DNA from: Bigelowiella natans CCMP2755
Lineage: Eukaryota > Protista > Cercozoa
Assembly (NCBI GenBank): GCA_000320545.1
Contig: ADNK01000401.1
Span: 1-42,360 of the forward strand
DNA: 42,360 nucleotides
Direction of reading: 5' to 3'
Positions 10,754 through 23,346 of the stretch are shown piece after piece. The notes under the pieces are model-generated. The model did no database searches, was not told where the DNA came from, and saw only the letters and a program-made list of their open reading frames with translations. A program made the translations under genes and the position numbers. Within the stretch, counting starts at the first letter, position 1. Every line of letters starts with the position of its first letter.

Positions 10754-11899
10754 ATGCAACACACAAGAAGTGAGGAGGAAAAGGATGTGCACAACATGGA
10801 CGTCGAGGAGTTCTTGCAGGCAAATACGAGACATACAGACTTGGAAAAAACAAAGCATTAATGAGATGGATTTTTAGGAGGATGGCAGAATTCTAGGACC
10901 CTATAAGCTTGAATTTCCGCTTGGATCTGGTGGACAGGCTTTGGTTTACCAGGCCACAACGGTTCATCCATCTGCAGGATAGTATTCAATCAAAAATTCC
11001 AATAAGGCACAATTTGTGTTAGGTGGAGGATGTGAAGGATGAAGAAGACAAATTAATCATCGGAAAGGGGAATGCTGTCGCTCTTAAACTTTACTGGCAT
11101 ACAGACACTAAGCCTGTCGAACAGTGAGATTTTTTTTAAATTTCTAAGTTGGTACTTAATGTTGACAAGTAGACGTGTTGTTGTGAATAGTGCGCTCGAT
11201 ATGGAGGAATGTGCGTTGGAAAATTTGAAGGCGTGTCCCTTTGTGGTTAAATACTACTGCACTACCACTGAGAAATATGTTCATAAGTCAGGGAAGATTT
11301 CTTTAGTCGCTGTAGTTGCTATAGAATTGTGCAAGAATGGAAATTTAGCGGGATTTTTGAGGTTCGAAAAAATGCCACAGTCTGGAGCTAATCAGAATGT
11401 ACTTCTATCAATTGATACAAGCATTGAAAGCAATGCATCAAAGGAATATAATACACCGTGATATCAAGCCAGGTTTGTGGGTTATGAGAGCAGCGCCTAT
11501 TCAATTCTTAAATTCACACTCTAACATCACCATTATCAACTACATCATCATCCTTCTCCATCTCCATCTCTATTAAAATACATTTGAGTTATTCTATTTT
11601 AGGAAACATATTCCTGGGATCAGATTATTTCATAAGGCTCGCAGATTTTGGGATGGCCTTCCTTGGTGATGGGAAGTCGAAGCCCAAACAAAGGTAAATT
11701 TTATGAGCTGCTGTTGCATTCTAAAATAGATCCATTTGAAACTGGAAAGAGGAAGGCGAGATCATAGAATTAGTAAAAATCCTGATTTGATTTGCGATCA
11801 TCCATTTCGATCCTCCTTACCACAGCTAAACCGCTACCACGCTACTGATTATAGAAATGGTGTGCAAGATGTGGCTATACTGCTACTACTACACTTCTC

Positions 11900-11930
<31 letters not shown>

Positions 11931-12545
11931 CACTCTAAATACTACTACCTACTACTACTGCTAATCCTATACAAAATAGTTATACTTTCATATGTGTCGT
12001 AAGATGCGGAACCCATCTTTATTGTGCTCCCGAAGTTAATCGAAGAGAAGAATACGACTCGAAAGTCGATATCTACAGTGCTGGTTCTAAAAGAATTCTC
12101 ATAATACCGAAGAATAATCTCCAAAAACATTTGTTGGTTATTGCTGATTAGCCCCTCCCCATCCCATCCAGGTATCGTGCTGTTTGAAATGCTTTATGGA
12201 AAGCATCCATACTCTGATGGAAAGCGTATTAATGACACGGCGAAGCGTATGTTAGGAGGAGATACAAATGTCGAATTTTGGAACTCTCACCTAGAAGACA
12301 TTCTCAAACCTAGGGAACCACAAGCTAAGCCGAAAAGTGAGATCGAAGTGTATCGATACTGGGATATGCATGTCCAAGGAGCTCATCCGATCGTCTTGAG
12401 AAAGGATAATGGTGATAAAAGTCCAGCTTCAATGTGTTATTCGAAATCGGACATTCGTAATTTTTTGCGGACAACGAGAGATGGCAAGCAAGGAAGACGA
12501 AAATGGTCAGATTCTATTGAGATTATCCTAAGAAATGTTACAAGA

Positions 12546-12581
<36 letters not shown>

Positions 12582-13666
12582 GAATGTACACCAATGAAAA
12601 GCGAAAACTATATGATATCTTTAAATGAATGTCCATCATCATCGTCAATATTATCACTTAATTTTTCTCTTTCTCAGCATCGACTTAAAAATTTTTAAGC
12701 TCGAGGCGATTTATTTATTCGACGGCATGTTGCATCATGAGCCTTCAAAGCGATGGAGTTTGGAGAAAATATTCGAAGATCCATTCTTGGAGAAAACTGA
12801 AAAAGCATCACCGGTTAAATATATCAATCACATTTTCCTTTTCTAACTCAACTTGCTACTTTCTCAAAGCTTCAAACACATGATGACGACAGTGTTTTTC
12901 TATCCCAATAATAAGAGGACACATGTCTGTGATCACTATTTCAAAGATATCATTAGCGATTAATCTTAGGTTGATTTCAAAACTTTTGTACGTGATGTCC
13001 GTTCTCGAAGACTAGAATCGGAGGAAGTAGATAGCTCTTGGTTTGCAACACGTACGAGAAGTGCGGAAAAGGATTTTTTTGAAGCTAGAGGTTACGAAGT
13101 GGATCATGGCATTGAAGACGTCATGATGCCTGAGGTAGTGATTCATGATCGACGATGATGATGGTGACTATACATAGGATGAATGAGTGGCATATGCCAA
13201 ATGGGGATTTGCTACTCATTTTGATTTTATATGTGTTTGGTTTCAGAACTTACCTTCTGCGAAGAAATATCTTAAAAATGCAGTGAAGTGTTACACGTAT
13301 TTTCGGTATGACGAGACTCCAGTTGATACCCTTCAAGTGCTTGTTACTGCACTATCTGCAATCAAGCCCATCACCATCTTCAAGATGTTACGAAAATACC
13401 GGGTAATCATCTGATGTGCAGCCAGGCAGCAGCAGCAACACATCGATTGATAAGGTGATGATTAGGTCACAAGTATATGTCGTATGTTTGATTCATAGGT
13501 GTTTGTCAAACTACAAAAAGAAGGCCATCCTACGATCAGTGCAATGTTTTCGATTTTTGATGATGGAGAAGGAGAATCATTGATTGAGGTCAGAAATCTT
13601 AATTCTGAATCTGTGGCGGAATTTCACGAATTCTTCAAGGCGATACGGAATTTTGTTTTGTCTTGA
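10754..13666 (+). CDS. Ser/Thr protein kinase (CAMK-like) with C-terminal KA1-like domain; two apparent frameshifts
   Basis: LGSGGQALVY, VALK, IELCKNGNL, IHRDIKPGNIFL, LADFG, CGTHLYCAPE, DIYSAGIVLFEMLYGKHPY and MLHHEPSKRWS. The tail LIEVRNLNSESVAEFHEFFKAI resembles KA1. Start is at 10754 or 10796 and TGA at 13664-13666. The frame breaks at about 11380 and about 12695. Confidence 0.85.
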
Positions 13667-13779
13667 CATCATGTGATTATCAAGGACCAGAAAAAGATGA
13701 TATGATCTAGACGTTATGTCAACAATGAGCGTATTACACATAATTACCAGCAACATACGTGTACGTAATTCGTGTTAAT

Positions 13780-14780
13780 TGTTACTAATGTTGTGCGTAG
13801 CGGTAATTTTTGCCTGCTTATTTAACCGTCCTTAACATTCTAGCATTGTTTAGTTTCGGAATGCGAGCACGTAGCAGTAGATACAATGTGGCTGTTCGCG
13901 CACGTGCTACAACGGCCATGCAATGTAATGGAAATGAAACAACCCACTTTCATCAGCGAGCAGCATGGTTTCGGTAAACGCTAGTTTGTTGCTTGGGCGA
14001 ACGGCGCGCTTGATGAACAAACAATGTGCACATCATGCCACCTCCAGCCCCTATATGCATTGACCGCCAGCGTTCTAGCGTTATGACGTACGTCTAGGCG
14101 TGCATTTAGATGTGCCATGGTAGCGTCTACGACTGTAAATGGAGCGCTGCTAGAGCGTAGCGATGTCGAGATGTAGGATGCTGCTAGTCAACTATATAAC
14201 TAGTCTTCTGGACTTGTGTGTAGATGAGACGGATGTAATGATGTGTAATGCAATGTTCATGCATTTTTTATCAATTGTGTCATCCTAACGTGTAGCTTTG
14301 CAATGTTACGGCTAGAGCGCTGTAGCAGACTCAAGTGGAATCTATTTGTCTCACGCGTACAGCAATTAATGCATGCGTACGTGCAGCATGCAGGCATGGA
14401 ATGTGTGTAGCTAGCTAGAACGAACATCTATGTGTCTGCTGCGCTGTGCGTGCACATTGTTGTCTGTATCTCTTGTCAGATCTAGCTAGCTCTAGTGTAG
14501 GGACTATGTAGTCCATGTACTAGAGCTAGCTAGCGATTGAAGGATCGCAGCCATCTAGTTTCAACAGCTAGATTTGGACATGTCGCTCTAGATCTAGAAA
14601 TGGCGCATGCTAGCATGCGACTATTGTAGCAGTGCACTACTCATCGACAATCGATCACGCGCTACGCTAGCTTATTAGGGACAGTAGCAGACGACAGTCT
14701 TAACTAGTTAACCTGCAAGAATTCGGCGTGAACATAGGGGCCCAGTATGCGCTTGTGCGACCGTGCGCAATGCGCTTGTG
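13780..14780. other. CTAG/palindrome-rich non-coding block 3 (convergent spacer)
   Basis: More than 20 CTAG, perfect palindromes at 14587-14598, 14604-14619 and 14700-14711, and no ORF in the supplied track. Confidence 0.8.
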
Positions 14781-15026
14781 AAGCTGCTTTTGCGCAGAGA
14801 ACGAAATGATATTAATAGAAAAGATGCGAGTCTACGTACATGTCAATCTGTGGTGATGATCACACAGTGAGAGGCTTCAAATCTGTCGATGATGAACATA
14901 CGTTTATGTACAAGTTTGCTGTTGTAATAGTACGTGCTGTTTCTGTTACGCTACAAAACCTAATGATGATGGAGCATAATCGATGTGTAGCGGAACGATT
15001 TCGGATAATTCGCTTCTTCGAAGACC

Positions 15027-17342
15027 CTAAGACACCTTCATTTCATCAACCCGCCTTTTCTTCCTCGGCGACTCGCTTCCAGGAGAGGACTGAATGGAAT
15101 TGCTCTTGCGGCTCACAGCAATTTTCTTGGGCAGAGCGTTCTTCTTACTCCTCCCCCACTTCCCACCAACACCAGCTTTGCGACGAGATATAGAGGAGAT
15201 GAGGTCGTCCTCCCCATCCCCCTCGTCCTCCTCCATGGTTTTCCTTGGCATGAAGCCATCTTCCTCGTCCATGTCCATAGCAGGAGGCGGCTTCTCCTCC
15301 TCCTCCCCATCGTCGCCGCCCTCGAAATACGTGTATTCGCAGTCTTCATCAAGTCGTTCAGTCGTGTTGCTCTGCACCTTTCTCATGTCGTCCTTGGCAT
15401 CATCCATTGGGTCCTGGGAGCTGTTGTTCTGGTGCTGGATGGCCATCATTCGAAAGGTGTCCACGTAGCTGATGTTGTCGAATTTTGTCTTGTGCTCCTC
15501 CATCAGGTAGGCGATGAGCTCCCTTATATTCTCACGGTGTATGAGATCGACCAGCTCGATCACGTTTGAGTTGAGGAGGTTGTAGCGGGCCCCGTTGGCC
15601 ACGAAGAGATCTATGATGGGGTCTAGCAGTCTGTGCTTCTCTACACACTTCGCGTAGGCAAGGTCTTTCGCTCCCGAGGCCGACTCCTTCGCCCCCAAAC
15701 ATGTTCGTATCAGCCGGATCACACTGAGCGTCAACTGCATCTCACCCAGCTCCACGATCTCCATGGCCTTCTGGAGGATCTTGTGGCCTACTATATACTG
15801 CTTCGCTCGGTACCCGTGCTGTTTGGCGCACATCGAGAACATCTCTAGTGCGTTGTACTTGGGCAGAAGCGCGCTCGGGGAGCCGGCAGCCGCCTTTTGC
15901 ACTAACGCGACCTCGATGTGAGCCGCATTCGCAGCGTAGAAATGGTCGAGGAAGACGTCCTTGTCACTGGGCTGCATCGCGTCAGGGTCGAGGACCATTC
16001 GGAGGATCTCCATAAGCTGATGGACGAGGCCCGGCGTGACTTCCTGCGATACGACCATCGTCACGAGCCGGGTGAGGAGCGACCTCTTGCTCGGGATTCT
16101 GCAGACCAGGAAGGTTCGAAGGAGCGCCGAATCGTGGATGAGCATGTTGTGCAGCACGTCCACGCTCGCCTGCCACACCCAAGGGTACTTCTGCGGGGAG
16201 GCGGCCCATAACGCGTCCTCTACCGCCTCGAACACATCTGCATCAACAAGCGTGCTGTAGAACGACTCTCTCTGTGGAACCTGCATTTGCTTCACTATAT
16301 TGCACAGCTCCTGGAGGAAAAGGAAGGGGTCCTTGGCCTCGGAATCCGTCAGGGCAGGCCCTCTATCCTCACCCTTTCCTTGGCCCCCTTTCTTCTCGTA
16401 TCTGTCTATGGAAGTTACCGCCTGATTAATTTTCACGAACAAATCGCGCACTAAATCTGGGCACTCCGTTATGTGAGAGACAATCGTGGCGTTGTTGTAG
16501 TAAATTAAGGATCCCAGAGTGTTAAGTGCCCCATCGTCCAGGAACCGGAGTAACACCACGTCTTTGAAGTAGATCATCCGGTAGTTTTCGTGGATTTTCT
16601 TGACCAGGGTGGGGTCCTTGACGTTAATAACTTGCTTGAAGGTAGCCCTGTTCGCACAATAACAAGTAATCGCAAAAACAATTAGTGTAAACAGCAGTAT
16701 TTTCAAATTATATAATAAAGATGGGCAGGAAGGGAGGAGACTCTTTTCAACTTTCATATAATACGATCTATTTCTTAAGATAAAAGTGGGGAGACTATCG
16801 TTTTGTCCTGGAATTTGTGTCAAAAAATTTGGTATTTTTGCTGTCGAAAGAGGATTCTAGTATTAGGATTTACTTTGCTAAGTAGTTGCGGTGCTGCATC
16901 TTATTGCCTTCTTTAATGGTAGGATCATGATCAAATACGGCTATCATCGATTTGAATATCTCGTCGGAGAATAAAGCTTCATAGATGGAAATTTCGTTTA
17001 GGAGGACGATGTTTTTGAACAAGTTGAAGCAGAGCATCGTTGCCTCCTTTTTTTCTGCCTTCTCCACTTCATCAAAGACAATAAGCAGTTTTTTCAGGTA
17101 GTCCTCTTGCAGAAGAGCGGACACGAGGAACTCCCTGTGGCTCGCGGGGGTATCTGTGATGGCATTTAAGACTGCTTCCAGCTTCTCTTCTGATGGTTCG
17201 GGAAGCTGGATGGGCTCCACCTGCAGGAGGAAACAATGATAAGGAAAGCAGAGAGGAGGAAAGGAGGGAAAAAGTACATAGACGGAGGATATTTAAGAAC
17301 GTCTTTACACTATTGCTTCTATGTCAACAAGTATATATGTGC

Positions 17343-17393
<51 letters not shown>

Positions 17394-17906
17394 TAATATT
17401 AAAGGAAGGAGCCAAAACTCAGCTTGCCCATATGGAAAAGACTCCTTGGGGTTGCAGTCGAGTACCGGCACACGTCTCATGGCTTTTTTGCGCATGGTGA
17501 GCACGCACATCACCTCAAAGAAATGCAATGATGAGAAAGAAATGGTCTCCAATACCTGATTATTTCGGAGGCCCCCTCCATTCTCATTGTCTCCAATAAT
17601 GGCTACTATTCTATTCCATACATCTGTACACCCAGCTGTTTCTTGGAAACTGAGAGCAAGGTCTGGATTGTCGGTTTGACACCATGTAATTATTGTCTCT
17701 CCTTGCCTCGCATAATCAATTTCCCGCAGAACTTTATGTTCTAGTAGGACGTTGCCAGAATCCTCACACTGAACTTCCATCTGGAAGGTGTTCTCCTCGG
17801 GCACGGCTGTCAATGTCACGTGCCCGGTTCCGTTGTCATCCCACTGCCCCTCTCCATTGAGCTGGTAAACCTTTACCCTCCTATCTTTGGAAGGCTCATC
17901 CGTCAT
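15027..17906 (-). CDS. SMEK: Protein phosphatase 4 regulatory subunit 3 (SMEK/Psy2); exons 17906-17556, 17220-16874, 16647-15027
   Basis: EVH1-like N-terminus RRVKVYQLN..WDDNGTGHV..RQGETIITW..LALSFQETAGC..W. SMK-1 domain KIHENYRMIYFKDVVL, then NGARYNLLNSNVIELVD and YVDTF, and an acidic tail ending in NLS-like PRKKRR. Exon phases join cleanly. Confidence 0.95.
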
Positions 17907-18851
17907 GATGAAGGTTAGAGGCGGATGGACTCAGTCACGCTCAACACCTCATCCTGAAGGCAGAATATTTTATCAGGATTAACGCGTTCCTAAGCGATAA
18001 TGTAAGATTAAGAATTATATGCGTATTATGGGACCAACATAGGAAGAGGCTTCAGATTTTGTGGATGGTGGAAAAGGGCAGGGGGGGGAAGTCCTTGACA
18101 CTGGACCTTCAAGCCGCCACACTGCGATAAATTTAGATTTTCACGTCTTGAGTATAACTTCAACATGCGACATGAGATTATGGTTGACTCACCTTGAATA
18201 TCAGAATATTTTCCAAGCCGAAAAATATCATATAACTCGGAAAACCTGTCAAGCTGCGCGACGAAGAGAATCATTCATGAAGCAATCGCCAAGCTGGAGA
18301 AGAGCGAATTGAGCCAGCTATTTCGTGCGAAAAAAGGTCTTCAAGTACATTCTTTCTCGGTAATTCATCGATCCTTCTCGGCCAAGTATTTAAAACTCCT
18401 TCATAATTTTCCTCTTCGTTGAAGGTTTTCTGAAGACGACATCCTTCTCTTTGTCTTTCGCGCAGTTTAATCGGACCAGTGCGAAGACCTGCGAACTGCG
18501 CGACAGGATGGCCGAATAATAAAATAAGCCAAAACATATTTTATCGTTCACCAAGCCTTTCCCGCCTCCTGCAAGGATTTCCGGCCGAGGCTTGGTGGGA
18601 AGTTTTTGGGTGAATTCGAGCTCGACCAGTCCAAAGTAAACTGTGGTGACATATTCGATCGGATTGTTGTAAAATGTTGGAACAATATTTAGTAATTTTC
18701 GGCTATAATTATTGTCCAAGAAAGGCCTATCTCTGGGGATTTTAACCGAGCGCAAAGCGCTAGCAGGATTGCATCCACAAGCATTACTCGGAAGGAAAAA
18801 GGCAGAGAATTGCGTGCTACTCCTTGCCGGCCCTCTGCCGTGGGGAAGAGA

Positions 18852-21125
18852 ATGAGAAGTTCTTATTCATCGAATGAAAGATCAGGGTCCCCCACTCATG
18901 CTGGACTGTCCCCTTTCATTCTTCTCCGGGATCTTGAATCTCATCATCGAGCAAGTAGCAGTCACTGGAACATGGCCAATGATGAGATTGAGGTAGATAG
19001 TCAGTCACGCTTTCTTTCTTGATGAAAACTGAGTAGTACAATCACTGATGTACAGCGCATCCCGGTGACAAGCTACGAATGCTTGATGAACTTCCAATTT
19101 TCGCACCAATCTTCTGGCGGGTACAGTAAAAGAAGCCCCTATCACTCGGCCCCTCACACTGAACATGCTTTCTTTGATATGCTAGATTGAAAGCCGAAGC
19201 TAAATCTCGCATGCTTTCCATTGGGTTTGCCCTTCGTGCTCACGGGCACGGACTTCTCGCAGATGCCCTCGAGATCCTGGGCGACTCCCCAAATCTGGTG
19301 ATGATAGTAGTATTAGTGTAACTTTTGAGCTTTCGATTTTTTATCAGGATTTCTGCGATAATTTCTTTTGAAAAGGATGCAGATTTGAATGACACGCTCA
19401 AATAAAATGAATAATACTTCTCCCAAAGGAGCAATCTCCGGATTCTTGGAAAGTCGTCCATTTGATGACGGATCTTGCTGGGACTGGGAAGGGAGACAGC
19501 GCTTACTATCGACGGACAGAGGCTTTTTTGTCGGTGGCAAGGCGGATTTTCGAAGGTAGTGTCGTCTTTGATACCATATTGATTATTCAGTGTTTGTCAT
19601 CGTTGCTATGATTTCCTCTTATTATGGAATTTAATTGATGACGGCCATTGATCTCACCCAGCTAAGCGCAAGCGGCAAAGCGACGGAGATGATGACGCGG
19701 CCGCCCAAAAGATAAAGGTAGTCAGTAAATCAGGAAGTAGAGAAGATTCTGGCAACACCAGTCTCTCCCCAAACTTCCACCAAGCGAAGCAGGACTTCTT
19801 ATTCGGAGGACGTAACCGATGGGGTTCCATAAAGCAAATCGTCAAAGCTGGGGGCAAAGTTGACCCCCACGCGATGATTAATGATGTCATCGGTCTCACG
19901 GACGAGGTTTGTGTATTATGATGATGCTGAAATGCATAGCACCAGAAAAAGGAACCAAATAAATTCAAGGAGGTGGGGGTGGCACGTGCGAATCATTGGA
20001 CTGAGAATATGAGAAGATGGCTGTTTTACGGCATTTGATAGAAGCATTCTTTCACGCAAAATCGTCCCCATCCTAACGAGATTAATAACAGAAAAATTCC
20101 CATACTCAGAAAAATGATGTACTGTATCTTGTGACCCCATTGGCATCCCCGTTTTCCCACTGCTTGCGCTTCTACTTAGGGTTCAGATTTGCACCTCATC
20201 TCGGGCACAGCAACCCCAGACGATATTGCCGCTCTGACAAACACGCCGCCATCTGAGTACGTGTGTCCCCCCGCCCCTTCAAGCTACGCACGAAGGAAGC
20301 TCATTCTCCGAGCGGTAACAACTAAGCAAGAAAAAGAGAGGAAGACAGATATGAGCAGCACGATGGCTAGCTACTTGAAATAGATTCTGCTTACATCCAG
20401 AAGCATCCACGAGTTGAGTTAACAACATCACGATTGTTCACTGAAATGTTTTCCGTTGTGATTGCATGGCGCGTGTTTGTTGTTTTCTATTTGTTTTGTT
20501 GTGACGACGGGGTGGCGCTGAGACAGCTTGGGCTTTTGATTCCCCAACGAATCGCTGAAAAAAAGAGCTATCAAACCAGAAACGATGATGACGCCACCAA
20601 TGGCGACATTACTACCGCGAACAACAATAGCGCATGGTCCTTCATGACACGAGCAGACGCTAGCACGTCTCGCTCATCAAGCGATACAGGCTCACCAACC
20701 TCCTCAGCGACGTCATCATCGCTACCATGGGGCCAAGTCCCTCACTTCTTGCCTCGACTGAGCAATCTTCGTTACCAGCAACAGCAGCATGAACCACGAC
20801 AGCAGCACCCTGGCGTAGCACCGTTGACGGCACTCCCTTCTCCCGGCAGACCCAGCCTGACACCTTTCCCATCGTTCTCTCCCGGCCAGCCTTCATTGCG
20901 CTACGATTGCCATTACACAAACAAAACCACGAAGATCCCGAAGAAGAGGAGCACGAGGTCATCATCCTCGGCGCTACACCGTCGCCTCAACCGCCGCCGC
21001 CGTCTTCGCCGTCAATGCTTCCAAGAACAGGGCCAGTCACAGGATGAACTTTCAGCCGCTCTCCGGGCTGCGGTGGCGTGGAGGCCAGCGACGAACGACG
21101 GAGCTTCACGGGCAGGTAGAAGAAG

Positions 21126-21157
<32 letters not shown>

Positions 21158-21261
21158 GTGGTAGTAGTCGTTGTAGCATTTGCAGTTGATTAGTATGCTT
21201 TAACGCGAGAGCAGCAGCTGCTGCTTCTCACAAAGCCATTGGTTGTTTGGCATACAATCTC

Positions 21262-21307
<46 letters not shown>

Positions 21308-21582
21308 CACGCGCGTTGCGAGACGACTTAACGGCAGGGCTCCACACTTACCAAAAGCAGCACCCCTCCTTCCCGTTTCGCTTCCCCATCCCCAGTTTTT
21401 GTCATCGTCTTTACAACGTGTCGTAACCTGTGTATGCATGCATGCATGCAGCAATATCCTCTTCGCCGCTACTACCAAAGCTGCAGTCTGGAGGCTTCCT
21501 CAAGAACTGGGACGGCTACGTGATAAATACCGCAGCAGCGACCTGCAACAAATATGAGAATATTGCTGCGCAAACTGTGAGT

Positions 21583-21635
<53 letters not shown>

Positions 21636-21980
21636 CGAAGGAAGGAAGGGCGTAGAGGAGGAGGAGGAGGGGGGGGGGGGATGATCGCTTGTACACGCTG
21701 GCCTAGTGATATTTATTTTCTTCGCAAAGAATTCCTCTCCATCCCGCTTGTGACTATGTTTCCTTTCCATGTTGATGTTGTCAAAGGGTGGAGGCTCACG
21801 AATCTCTGGGCGGCATCCGAAGGAGTTTGGCGCTGTTTATGCGGTGAGTGAGACAGCAGCAAAGACGACACACTGACAAATCCGATGGGCGGTAGTGTGC
21901 TCTGAAGATTCTGTCCAGTCATTACTTTTTCTTCCAATATTTGCGGAGAGTTGGCGAAGAACATATCAGCAAATTATCCT

Positions 21981-22026
<46 letters not shown>

Positions 22027-23309
22027 CAATTATATGCATGGGTGCGTATACGTGTGCACATATGATATAGCACGCACAGAAATGATACCATCAAAACCCA
22101 TACGCGGAAGGTTAAGGCTGATGGATAACTGACGCATGAATTCGGTCGACAGGCACGTTTCCAGCGGCTACAGAAGATAAACGGGGGCGGGGGAAGCGAA
22201 GGGAGCAGCAACGGTGTCTCTGTTCTCCATGAGGCCGGCATGGTACCTGCAACGCTCGCTGCTGCCCAAGGCATTCCATCAGCGCTGTTTCCCCTGCTCG
22301 GTGCTGAGAAGGCGAAGCCGACGACGAACAACGACAAGAAGAAGAAGAAGAAGAAGAAGAATACGGTTGTTGAGCGGGAGCATAAGCAGGGGCGGGCGGC
22401 TAGTCAAGACGACGACAAGCACGGAAAAGAGGATGATGACGATGGTGATGACGATGGGACAACGGTGCAGCAGGCAGAGGAAAAGCAACATCATTACCTG
22501 ACAACGAAGCCCGACTGCCGATTCACGACGATAGGTGTTGCGTGCGTGCGTGCGTGCGTGCGTGTAATGTTTGTCCTTGTGTGTGTTTGCTCGTTGTCTC
22601 GAGCTTTCTTCTTGTTTCTGACCGGGTCTTGTTCGGTCAGGCGCGAAGTCGCTAGGATCATTGCTGCACGGGATCGCATGCCTGGGCTCGGTCTACCGCT
22701 CATTGTCCTATTTTACCGAGAAAATGTTGTCCCGTGCCACGACGAAGGATGATGGTATGAAGAAGTAGAGTGGTGTGCATCTTTCATCTCCTCCTTTCCC
22801 CCCCCCTCCCTCCTTTTCCGTTCTCAATTTGGCCGAGCCTTGTCCGAATTCATCCCTTCCCTTCGACTTGTCTTCCTCAACACGGTTCAGGCGTCGTGCT
22901 ATCAAGTTTCGCACAGGCCGTGCATCGGTTCCTGGTGATATATCGCCAAGAAATGCTCAATCTGCCGTATGACGCTCAGCGGAGGAGAACAGAAAGCAAT
23001 GGTGCTTTTGCTACTGCTGCTGCTGCTACTTTATTGCTTCTGTATTACCGTCGCGACTTACTCTATCAATGACGATGCGTTTGAGATTCTTCCTCGCCAG
23101 CAATAAGGGGGGGGGGGGGATATCCTCACGTATCCCATAACGGTTTTCAAATCTCTCCCTCTCTCCTTCTCTCTGTCTTTCTCTCTGTGCGTGTGGTTGT
23201 TGGGTAATTGCAGTGGGGCAAAAAGGCGGCGGTTACATGGATGGAAGCGAGAAGGAGAAGCAAAAGTAGTAGTAGTAGTAATTGGTGTTGTTATTGTTGT
23301 CCCTTTCGC

Positions 23310-23346
<37 letters not shown>

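Noticed and set aside
11460-12698. Alternative genetic code or stop readthrough to explain in-frame stops
   Set aside because: The stops are resolved by introns or frameshifts, and TAA, TAG and TGA all terminate genes in this window.
13780-14780. CTAG blocks as a CRISPR array, MITE or other TE
   Set aside because: There is no regular repeat-spacer periodicity, no terminal inverted repeats or target-site duplications, no transposase/RT ORF, and no extended similarity between blocks by eye.
18026-18755. Short ORFs between SMEK and GCP6 as a separate gene
   Set aside because: There are no recognisable motifs. They are better explained as SMEK leader and promoter sequence.
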